DNA from: an uncultured delta proteobacterium
Lineage (GTDB): Bacteria > Desulfobacterota > Binatia > Binatales > Binataceae
Assembly (NCBI GenBank): GCA_963724765.1
Contig: CAVRVY010000004.1
Location: 224,001-288,000, forward strand
Length of the DNA stretch: 64,000 bases
Direction: 5' to 3'
The translations under genes were made by a program, and so were the position numbers. A model generated the notes under the pieces. It did not search any database. It was given only the letters and a program-made list of their open reading frames with translations, and was not told the origin of the DNA. Numbering within the stretch: position 1 is the stretch's first letter; each line of letters begins with the position of its first letter. Shown here piece by piece: positions 1 through 7,099 of the stretch.

Positions 1-138
1 GTTCCACGCATCATTGTGATGCTGATAGTGAAGACGACGCGCTCGCGGACGGGATAATCCGCACCGACCGAAACTCGTTCGCGGTTATTTTTGACCGCCG
101 CTGATCTTAACCGACGTTGGACCCCGATCAGTGCAAGC

Positions 139-164
139 GCAGAGGGCCGTTCGTGAACGACCCT
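139..164 (+). repeat. REP-like palindrome (GTAG-type family, AGGGCCGTTCGTGAACGACCCT)
   Basis: Imperfect palindrome just downstream of uvrC; near-identical copies at 46735-46803 and 52002-52026. Confidence 0.65.
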
Positions 165-185
165 TCTTCGGAACATCACCGGGCG

Positions 186-2447
186 TCAGTCGGAATCGCC
201 GCGAGCGTCCGCGTGTCCCGGTGGCTGCTGTGGCATTAGTTCCAATTGCGCGCTGTCAGCGGCATTATCGGCTGCGGCGACCGCGGCGTCTTCCTCGGCC
301 GTCTCCGCACGCTCCTGCTCCTCGAGCATCGCGCCCATCGTGTCGAGGTACCGCCGCACCTCGGCCGCCAGGTCGCGGTTCATCCCCTTCACCACCCCGA
401 TCTCATCCACGCTCGCCGCGCGAATCCGCTTGAGGCTGCCGAAATGGCGTAGCAGCGCGCGCCGCCGCACCGGCCCGATACCCTCGATATCGTCGAGCAT
501 CGAGCGCAGCCGCGAGCGCCGGCGCAACTCGCGGTTATAAGTGATCGCAAAGCGATGGGCCTCGTCGCGGATGCGCACCAGCAGGAAGAGCGCGGTCGAA
601 TTCTTCGGCAGCACGATAGGATCCTTGCGATTGGGCAGGAATACCCGCTCCTCGGACTTCACCACGGCGCGCGCGCGCGGGTCGTTGAGCACGTGCTGCT
701 TGGCGAGCGAGACCACGTCGATTTGGTCGAGCAGCTTGAACTCCCGCAATACTTCAAGTGCTACATTAAGTTGCCCTTTGCCGCCGTCGATGACCCACAA
801 GTCTGGATATTCGCTTTCGGCGGTCGCGCGCTTGAGGCGGCGGCTCAGCACCTCGTACATGCTGGCGAAATCGTCCTGGCCCTCGACGGTGCGGATGCGG
901 TAGCGGCGGTAGAGGTCCTTGCGCGGCTCGCCCTCGTCGAAAGTGGCCTGCGACCCGACCACCATCGAGCCCTGCAAGTTGGAGATGTCATAACACTCGA
1001 TGCGCTTGGGGGTGTTACGCAGATGGAGCCGCGTGCGCAGTTCCTCGAGCATCCGCTCGCGCGTGTTCTCGTTGTCGCGGCGCGCGGCGAAGCTCTGGCG
1101 CGCATTGTCCATCGCCATCTCGAGCAGCCGCAGTTTCTCGCCGCGCTGCGGCACCAGGAACTCGACTTTTTTTCCGCGCCGCTCGGTCAGCAGCTCGGCG
1201 CGCACGTCGGCGTCCTCCAGCGCGACCGGCACGATCACCTCATCAGGAGCGATTCGAGCGCCCGAATAGAATTGCGTGAGCAGGTCGGCGAGGATGTCCT
1301 CGTCGGCGAATTCGAGGTCGTGGAAACTCCATCCCTGCGTATTGGTGAGCTTGCCGCCGCGCACCATCAGGACGATCGCCTCGATAAAGCCGCCCTCGCG
1401 ATACAGGCCGAAGACGTCCTGGTCGATGCCCCAGTGATGGAGCACGGTCTGGCGCTCGACGGTCCTTTCGATCGCGCGCACCTGGTCGCGCAGGCGCGCC
1501 GCCTCCTCGAACTCCAGCCGCTCGGCATGGCCGCGCATCCGCTCGCGCAACTCCTTGAGCACTTCGAGGTTGCGCCCCTCGAGCAGCATCTGCGCGGCGT
1601 GCAGATGGTCCTCGTATTCGGCGCGGTCGACCGGCAGGCAGCACGGCCCGAGGCATCGCTTGATCTGGTACTCGATGCACGGGCGGGAGCGGTTGCGAAA
1701 CACAGCGTCCGAGCAGGTGCGTAGCGGAAAGACCTTGCGGATGACGTCAATCGTCTCGCGCAAGCCGTCGGCCGAGCCGAAGGGGCCGAAGTATTTGCCG
1801 CCGTCGCGGACAATCTTGCGCGTGACCATGATGCGCGGCCACGGATGGTTGGTCATCTTGGCGCTCAGGTACGACTTGTCGTCCTTGAGCCTGATGTTGT
1901 AGCGCGGGCGGTACTGCTTGATCAGGTTGTTTTCGAGGATCAGCGCCTCTTTCTCGCTGCGCGCGACCAGTACGTCGAAATCGCCGACACGCTTCATCAG
2001 GAAACGCACCTGAAAGCGTGTGTCGCCGCTTTCGCGGAAGTAGGCGCGCACGCGCGCGCGCAGCGACTTGGCCTTGCCGACGTAGAGGACTTTACCGGGA
2101 ATTCGACCCGCGCTCTTTGCGCCGGCGCGGTCGCGCAGCAGATAGACGCCGGGCTCCGCGGGCACGGCGTCGAGCTTGCGCTCGAGCGCGGCGTCGTCTG
2201 CGGCGCGTTGCGCCGCAGACGACGCCACCTCCGAATCCGCCGGCGCGCCGGCGGATTCCGCGCCCTGCGCGGGGGCAGCGCTCGCCAGCGCGCCGGTTTC
2301 GTTCGAAGCCGGCGCTAAAGCATCGACGGCGTCGCCGTCGATGCGGTTCGCGTCGATGCTGGCGGCGAGGGGCCTCGCGTGGAGGCCCTCCGCCGCACGC
2401 ACCATCGCGGCGGCCGAGCGCCGGTCCCCTTTGCGCGCCTTCGACAT
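186..2447 (-). CDS. uvrC: Excinuclease ABC subunit C
   Basis: GIY-YIG motif (PGVYL...LYVGKAKSLRARVRAYF), IECYDISN, DGGKGQ, RDEAHRFA and C-terminal HhH (GIGP). The Ala-rich N-terminal extension makes the start uncertain. Confidence 0.96.
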   Translation of the reverse strand: MSKARKGDRRSAAAMVRAAEGLHARPLAASIDANRIDGDAVDALAPASNETGALASAAPAQGAESAGAPADSEVASSAAQRAADDAALERKLDAVPAEPGVYLLRDRAGAKSAGRIPGKVLYVGKAKSLRARVRAYFRESGDTRFQVRFLMKRVGDFDVLVARSEKEALILENNLIKQYRPRYNIRLKDDKSYLSAKMTNHPWPRIMVTRKIVRDGGKYFGPFGSADGLRETIDVIRKVFPLRTCSDAVFRNRSRPCIEYQIKRCLGPCCLPVDRAEYEDHLHAAQMLLEGRNLEVLKELRERMRGHAERLEFEEAARLRDQVRAIERTVERQTVLHHWGIDQDVFGLYREGGFIEAIVLMVRGGKLTNTQGWSFHDLEFADEDILADLLTQFYSGARIAPDEVIVPVALEDADVRAELLTERRGKKVEFLVPQRGEKLRLLEMAMDNARQSFAARRDNENTRERMLEELRTRLHLRNTPKRIECYDISNLQGSMVVGSQATFDEGEPRKDLYRRYRIRTVEGQDDFASMYEVLSRRLKRATAESEYPDLWVIDGGKGQLNVALEVLREFKLLDQIDVVSLAKQHVLNDPRARAVVKSEERVFLPNRKDPIVLPKNSTALFLLVRIRDEAHRFAITYNRELRRRSRLRSMLDDIEGIGPVRRRALLRHFGSLKRIRAASVDEIGVVKGMNRDLAAEVRRYLDTMGAMLEEQERAETAEEDAAVAAADNAADSAQLELMPQQPPGHADARGDSD

Positions 2448-2551
2448 AAGGCCGCGATTATACCATCATGGCGGCGCCGGACTTACTGGAAACCCGGCCG
2501 GGATTTGCCCCGGCCAGCCGGCGGGCGGCAAGCCAGGAGGGCTTCTTTACG

Positions 2552-3394
2552 ATGGGCAGGTTAGACGGCAAGGTTGCGGTGATAACCGGCGCGGCGAGCG
2601 GGATGGGCCGCGCAGCGGCAATACGCTTTGCGGGTGAGGGCGCAGCGGTCGTGGTCGCCGACCTCAACGACGAGGGCGGCGCGGCAGCGGTGCGCGAGTG
2701 CAAGGAAAACGGCGGCCGCGCGGTCTTTCAGAAGACCGACGTCACCAGCGAGGCCGGGATCAAGGCGATGATCGATCGTGCGGTCAAGGAATTCGACCGT
2801 CTCGATATCACCTTCAACAATGCCGGGCTGCCCGGCGCGCTGGGATCGATCGAGCAGACCAGCGTCGAGGACTGGGATCGCACCTTTGCGGTGCTGACGC
2901 GCGGCGTGTTCCTGGGGATCAAGCATTCGGTGGCCGAGATGCGCAAAGTTGGCGCCGGATCGATCATCTCGACCGCGTCGGTGGCGGGACTGGCGGGCGG
3001 CTACGGCCCGCACGCCTACAGCGCGGCCAAAGCGGGCGTGATCAATCTCACGCGCTCGGTCGCGCTCGAGGTCGCCAAGGACAAGATTCGCGTCAACTGT
3101 ATCTGCCCGGGCGGAATCAACACGCCGATTTTCAACTTCCTCACCTCCGACCGCGAGATGACGGGCAAGCTGCTCGGCCCGTTGCATCCGCTGCGCCGCG
3201 CGGGCCTGCCCGAGGACATCGCCAACATGGCGCTGTTCCTGGCCAGCGACGAGGCGGAATGGATCACCGGAGTCGCGATGGTGGTCGATGGCGGGCTGAC
3301 GGCCGGACGCGACATCTTTGGCGATCCGCAGTTCGGCGGCGGGATGTACTCGGCCAACGTGTACGTCGGCCCGTCGTTCGAGATTAAACGCTAG
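2552..3394 (+). CDS. Short-chain dehydrogenase/reductase (SDR)
   Basis: TGAASGMG, NNAG and YSAAK motifs; AGGAGG RBS before ATG 2552. Confidence 0.93.
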   Translation: MGRLDGKVAVITGAASGMGRAAAIRFAGEGAAVVVADLNDEGGAAAVRECKENGGRAVFQKTDVTSEAGIKAMIDRAVKEFDRLDITFNNAGLPGALGSIEQTSVEDWDRTFAVLTRGVFLGIKHSVAEMRKVGAGSIISTASVAGLAGGYGPHAYSAAKAGVINLTRSVALEVAKDKIRVNCICPGGINTPIFNFLTSDREMTGKLLGPLHPLRRAGLPEDIANMALFLASDEAEWITGVAMVVDGGLTAGRDIFGDPQFGGGMYSANVYVGPSFEIKR

Positions 3395-3625
3395 CGCCGG
3401 TTGTGCACGTGAGCAAACCGGGCGTCGGGCTTGATGCGTGGCCCTCGCGCAGGCGCTGGGCACAAACCATCATCGCCAAGGTGCCGTTCCAAGTTCCGCG
3501 CGGCACGCCCGAGCCGCGCGGCTGGCTCGTCGATAGGTTTCCGCGCTTTGCTACAGAAGAAGCCGTGCGCATGTGTTTCGATGCGTGGCTCGCGCGCCAA
3601 GCACCCACGCCCGATGGAGGGGCGA

Positions 3626-3653
3626 ACTTGACACGCGAAATACCATGTCAACT
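3626..3653 (+). repeat. dif-like 28-bp site 1 (ACTTGACACGC GAAATA CCATGTCAACT)
   Basis: Arms are imperfect inverted repeats (8/11) around a 6-bp core shared with six other sites. Confidence 0.6.
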
Positions 3654-3679
3654 GTGTACAGGGTGTGGGATAAATCCAA

Positions 3680-3957
3680 GTGGTTGACCCGAACGATCTG
3701 AGGCTCGCGCACAAGCACTGTTTCAAGAACCGTACGGAAGTGTTGGCAAGTGAAATGTGTGGTGCTTCTGCTGTTTGGACAATTATCCACCGTCACGTAT
3801 TTCCGAATGGACCATCTAGAGAGACGGGGAGCAGACCGCGCTATGTCCGATGTGCGGAACCGATTCTGTTACAGGTTTCGCTTCTGGATACCCAGTGACC
3901 ACGGAATGGCTCGACCGCATGGAAATGCGCTGGTTTGGCCTCAGGAGAGCGCGTTAA
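3680..3957 (+). pseudogene. Decayed small Cys-rich protein gene (AHKH..N...S..CG/CFCC...EW...TALCPxCGxDSV...SG.P.T...WF)
   Basis: The frame from GTG 3680 joins a -1 frame at about 3762, with an internal TAG at 3817-3819 and TAA at 3955-3957. The joined sequence has the paired Cys-motif pattern of a widespread uncharacterised ~100-aa family (recognised from memory). Confidence 0.7.
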
Positions 3958-3987
3958 CGTTCCAGACGGCATCAAGGAGATACCTGA

Positions 3988-4015
3988 AGTAGACTCACGA
4001 AATATTATGTCTGCT
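3988..4015 (+). repeat. dif-like site 2 (AGTAGACTCAC GAAATA TTATGTCTGCT)
   Basis: Same core; arms 7/11 inverted; TTATGT is XerD-arm-like. Confidence 0.6.
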
Positions 4016-4030
4016 TGCATACCCACCAGC

Positions 4031-4064
4031 GAAGAACGCGGCGGCCGATTCCGGCCCGCCGCGC
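4031..4064 (-). terminator. GC-rich hairpin downstream of paralog 1
   Basis: CGCGGCGGCCG-att-CCGGCCCGCCGCG stem followed by a pyrimidine run on the minus strand; repeated after all three paralogs. Confidence 0.6.
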
Positions 4065-4105
4065 TCACTGATTGTTCAGACGCCTTGGAAAATTAACGCC
4101 CCGGC

Positions 4106-4477
4106 TCAGCTCATCTCCGATATCTTCCCTTTCCACGAGCGCGCGGCCAGGTCGATCTCGCCCTCAGAAGCGAACCTGCGGCCATCCGAGATCTGAGTAA
4201 AGCCCTGCGTGCGCCACCGGTGTTTCCCGATGCTTTCAGTGGTTCCCTGACCGAAGCCGGTGAGGCCTTCGCCATTGTCCAGGTATGCTACTGCACAGTC
4301 ACTGTAAGTCCCGCCTTTGGGACCGCCGACGTAAGTCGCGGTGAGGAAAACGGCTCCGAACCCCGTCGCCGTCCCTTCCCAATTCGCCTGCGCAAGTACG
4401 CTGCCTGCTGGCCCAGGACTGTAGGTGACCGTCACGGCCTTGAACGAAAATTCTCCTAACGCTTTACCCGCTGCCAT
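4106..4477 (-). CDS. Hypothetical 123-aa beta-rich protein, paralog 1
   Basis: ATG 4477 with GGGAGG RBS; same length as and highly similar to 4711-5082 and 5756-6127. Confidence 0.88.
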   Translation of the reverse strand: MAAGKALGEFSFKAVTVTYSPGPAGSVLAQANWEGTATGFGAVFLTATYVGGPKGGTYSDCAVAYLDNGEGLTGFGQGTTESIGKHRWRTQGFTQISDGRRFASEGEIDLAARSWKGKISEMS

Positions 4478-4561
4478 GTTCTTGTCCTCCCTTGCGTCGC
4501 TAAGATGCTTGGCTAGCTGTAGTCCCTTGCCAGGCTTAAGGCGAACGCGCAGTGCCCGCAT

Positions 4562-4589
4562 AACTGGCTCTTGAAATATCATGTGTACA
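4562..4589 (+). repeat. dif-like site 3 (AACTGGCTCTT GAAATA TCATGTGTACA)
   Basis: Same GAAATA-YYATGT core. Confidence 0.55.
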
Positions 4590-4646
4590 TCCGTGGGCTT
4601 ATGGCTGTGCCACGCCCCGCCGCGAGCGGACACGCAAGACGCCAGC

Positions 4647-4681
4647 GAGAAGCGCGGCGGCCGATTCCGGCCCGCCGCGCT
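4647..4681 (-). terminator. GC-rich hairpin downstream of paralog 2
   Basis: AGCGCGGCGGCCG...CGGCCCGCCGCGCT, a copy of 4031-4064. Confidence 0.6.
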
Positions 4682-4710
4682 CACGACGCTCTCGAAAATT
4701 GACTCCCGGC

Positions 4711-5082
4711 TCAGCTCATCTCGAATATCGTCCCTTTCCACGAGCGCGAGGCCAGGTCCATCTCGCCCTCGCCGCGGACCCGACGACCGTCGGAGATTTG
4801 CACAAAGTTCTCCGTGCGCCACCGGTGTTTCCCGATGCTTTCATAGGTTCCCTGGCCAACTGCGGAGAGTCCGTCGCCATTGTCCAGGTATGCTGCCGCG
4901 CACCAACTGAAGGTCCCGTTCTTGGGGCCACCGACGTAGGTAGCCGTGGCGAAGACTGCTCCAAATCCCGTCGCCGTCCCTTCCCAATTCGTTTCCGCGA
5001 GGACGCTACCCCCCGGCCCAGGACTGTATCTGATGGTGATGGCCTTCAACGAAAATTCTCCTACCTGTTTACCCGATGCCAT
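4711..5082 (-). CDS. Hypothetical 123-aa beta-rich protein, paralog 2
   Basis: Intact ORF with RBS (AAGGGAG); NWEGTATGFGAVF, AYLDNG and RSWKG shared with the other paralogs. Confidence 0.88.
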   Translation of the reverse strand: MASGKQVGEFSLKAITIRYSPGPGGSVLAETNWEGTATGFGAVFATATYVGGPKNGTFSWCAAAYLDNGDGLSAVGQGTYESIGKHRWRTENFVQISDGRRVRGEGEMDLASRSWKGTIFEMS

Positions 5083-5164
5083 AGCTTGTTCTCCCTTACG
5101 TCGCTAAGACGTTAACCAGCCCTATTCCTATGCCAAGCTTAAGGCGAACGCGCAGTATGCCCAT

Positions 5165-5192
5165 AACGGGCACTTGAAATATTATGTCATCC
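5165..5192 (+). repeat. dif-like site 4 (AACGGGCACTT GAAATA TTATGTCATCC)
   Basis: Same core. Confidence 0.55.
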
Positions 5193-5409
5193 GAATCGAA
5201 CACGTTCGGCGAGAGGATGACCGCCTTCTAGCACAGTTGCAAAAGGACCATAACCTTTGTTGGCTATTTCGTTATTGTTGGGAGGGTTGTCTTCAGTCGC
5301 GCCGGTCTTCTGATATCGCGCTTATGATGGGTGTGATGAGCATCCCAGGGGGTCATTATTATTTGCCTGCGCTGGCATCGCGAGCGGCGTAGTGGCATTT
5401 AGGTGAGAC

Positions 5410-5437
5410 ACTTGGTACGCGAAATACTATGTGAATT
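5410..5437 (+). repeat. dif-like site 5 (ACTTGGTACGC GAAATA CTATGTGAATT)
   Basis: Same core; closely resembles site 1 although the flanking DNA is unrelated. Confidence 0.6.
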
Positions 5438-5457
5438 TGGCGAGATACCCATAGTTC

Positions 5458-5628
5458 ATGATACTCAAGGCATGCTGCATTTGCGGCCGCTCCGCTATGT
5501 TCGAATCTTCAGCATACGATTCACATTGTGAGAAGCACAGGAAGCATTGGGATCGTTTGATAAAAATGGATTTGCAGATGTTCGCAAGACTCGACCGCGT
5601 CGAAGGCGTCGGCAAAGGTCTGCGGTAG
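5458..5628 (+). CDS. 56-aa hypothetical protein with CxxC...CxxH Zn-finger-like pattern
   Basis: MILKACCICGRSAMFESSAYDSHCEKHRKHWDRLIKMDLQMFARLDRVEGVGKGLR*; fills the interval between sites 5 and 6; too short for the ORF track; no clear RBS. Confidence 0.5.
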   Translation: MILKACCICGRSAMFESSAYDSHCEKHRKHWDRLIKMDLQMFARLDRVEGVGKGLR

Positions 5629-5645
5629 ACGAGTTGAAGAGACCA

Positions 5646-5673
5646 CCTTGATGCACGAAATATTATGTATGCT
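5646..5673 (+). repeat. dif-like site 6 (CCTTGATGCAC GAAATA TTATGTATGCT)
   Basis: Same core; resembles site 2. Confidence 0.6.
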
Positions 5674-5687
5674 TGCTATCCGCCAGC

Positions 5688-5724
5688 GAAAAGCGCGGCG
5701 GCCGATTTCGGCCCCGCCGCGCTT
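5688..5724 (-). terminator. Intrinsic terminator-like hairpin downstream of paralog 3
   Basis: AAGCGCGGCGGCCG...CGGCCCCGCCGCGCTT with TTTT on the minus strand. Confidence 0.65.
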
Positions 5725-5755
5725 CACTGACGCTCTGGAAAATTGACGACCCGGC

Positions 5756-6127
5756 TCAGCTCATCTCGGATATCGTCCCTTTCCACGAGCGCGAGGCCAG
5801 ATTGATCTCGCCCTCAACAGCCATCCTTCTGCCATCCGAGAGCTGAACAAAGCCCTTCGAGCGCCACTGGTGTTTCCCGGCGCTTTCAGTGGTTCCCTGA
5901 CCGACGCCGGTAACAGAGTCGCCATTGTCTAGATATGCTATCCCACAGTCACTGTAACTTCCGCCTTTGCCGCCGCCGACGTAAGTCGCAGTGGCGAAGA
6001 CTGCACCGAACCCCGTAGCGGTCCCTTCCCAATTGGCATGCGCCAGTACGCTGCCTGCAGGCCCAGGGCTGTAGCTCACCGTCACGGCCTTGTACGAAAA
6101 TTCCCCTAATGCCTTACCCGATGCCAT
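5756..6127 (-). CDS. Hypothetical 123-aa beta-rich protein, paralog 3
   Basis: ATG 6127 gives a length identical to paralogs 1 and 2. Confidence 0.88.
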   Translation of the reverse strand: MASGKALGEFSYKAVTVSYSPGPAGSVLAHANWEGTATGFGAVFATATYVGGGKGGSYSDCGIAYLDNGDSVTGVGQGTTESAGKHQWRSKGFVQLSDGRRMAVEGEINLASRSWKGTISEMS

Positions 6128-6212
6128 ACGCTTCCACTTCCTTCGCGTCGCTACGACGCCAACCAACGCTACTCCTATTGCTCGGCTTTAAGCGAACGCG
6201 CAGTGCGCTCAT

Positions 6213-6240
6213 AACGGGCGCTTGAAATATTATGTCTACA
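6213..6240 (+). repeat. dif-like site 7 (AACGGGCGCTT GAAATA TTATGTCTACA)
   Basis: Same core. Confidence 0.55.
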
Positions 6241-6315
6241 TCTGTGGTACCATACCTGACCGACGCGCGTTCGTATGCAATGCCAGAAATCAAGCCTACG
6301 CGCGGAGCACCGCGC

Positions 6316-6491
6316 GAGATCCTTCGACTCCGCAGCTCTCACTCGGGATGACGCCGTGAGGCAAATTCGGTTCAGGGTGACCCTGAGCGGTAGCCGCCGT
6401 CCAGAATGACCGAAGAGGGGGACTCGCTTCGTTCAAAAATTCACCAACTCTCAGGATGCTGAAGAGACGGACTCGCGTTGCTCAGGATGAC
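6316..6491. repeat. Cluster of CTCAGGATGAC-like (GTCATCCTGAG family) REP/MITE-like half repeats
   Basis: Variants at 6342-6352, 6371-6381, 6400-6410, 6450-6460 and 6481-6491; reverse-complement copies at 49583 and 51442. Confidence 0.55.
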
Positions 6492-6593
6492 CTGAAGGGG
6501 TGGAATAAACGGTGGCCAAGCGGTGGTATCGAAAAAACCGCTTGACCGATCCCGCGCAATTGCGATGGGATGGCGTCCAACAGGGAGGAGATC

Positions 6594-7016
6594 ATGGCGG
6601 ATTTCAAAAAGATCAACGGCGCATGCTTTTGCGGAGAGAACCAGTTCGAGTTGACCCAGCCCGCAGTGGAAATGCATCACTGTCATTGCTCGATTTGCCG
6701 GCGGCTGCAGGGCGCGGCGTTTGTCACCCTCGCGATTTTTCCCCGCGCCGGCTTTCGCTGGACCAAGGGCGGCGACCTGCAAACCTTTAGCAGCTCAGCC
6801 CAGATTCATCGCAACCGATGCAAGAACTGCGGATCCACGCTCACGGTCGATGTCGATCCGATGCCCGACGTGCTGATAGTCACCCGCGCCAGCCTGCCGG
6901 CGGACGCCGAGCCCGGATATCCGCCCGCCACTCTGCGCCACGCCTATTGGCCCGACCATGTGCCGTGGGTGGAATTGGGCGACAAGCTGCCGCGCGTTGC
7001 CGGCTTCGATAAGTAA
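6594..7016 (+). CDS. GFA/CENP-V family zinc-binding protein
   Basis: GACFCG, CHCSICRR and CKNCGS motifs; GGAGG RBS. Confidence 0.9.
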   Translation: MADFKKINGACFCGENQFELTQPAVEMHHCHCSICRRLQGAAFVTLAIFPRAGFRWTKGGDLQTFSSSAQIHRNRCKNCGSTLTVDVDPMPDVLIVTRASLPADAEPGYPPATLRHAYWPDHVPWVELGDKLPRVAGFDK

Positions 7017-7051
7017 GTCCGCAGCTCCGACAAACAAGGAAACCCAGCGCA

Positions 7052-7089
7052 CACCGCCGGCCTCGCCCTGACAAGCAAAGCCGGCGGTG
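7052..7089. terminator. Hairpin between convergent GFA gene and uvrB
   Basis: CACCGCCGGC...GCCGGCGGTG 10-bp inverted repeat. Confidence 0.45.
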
Positions 7090-7099
7090 CGACGTGTAA

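Noticed and set aside
3664-3791. DnaA-box-like TGTGGGATAA and TTATCCACC suggesting oriC
   Set aside because: Only two imperfect boxes, one of them inside the pseudogene reading frame; no dnaA context or DUE
4478-4822. 238-aa version of paralog 1 (ORF 4106..4822)
   Set aside because: The extension runs through the terminator and 3' end of paralog 2; ATG 4477 gives the same 123 aa as the other copies
5118-5137. Sigma54 promoter (TTGGCAT on the minus strand) upstream of paralog 2
   Set aside because: No TTGC at -12 and not conserved in paralog 3
3626-6240. CRISPR array or integron attC array
   Set aside because: Spacing of 236-603 bp is irregular and far too long for CRISPR, and there are no cas genes. 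There are no RYYYAAC...GTTRRRY attC palindromes or intI, and the cargo genes lie on both strands.
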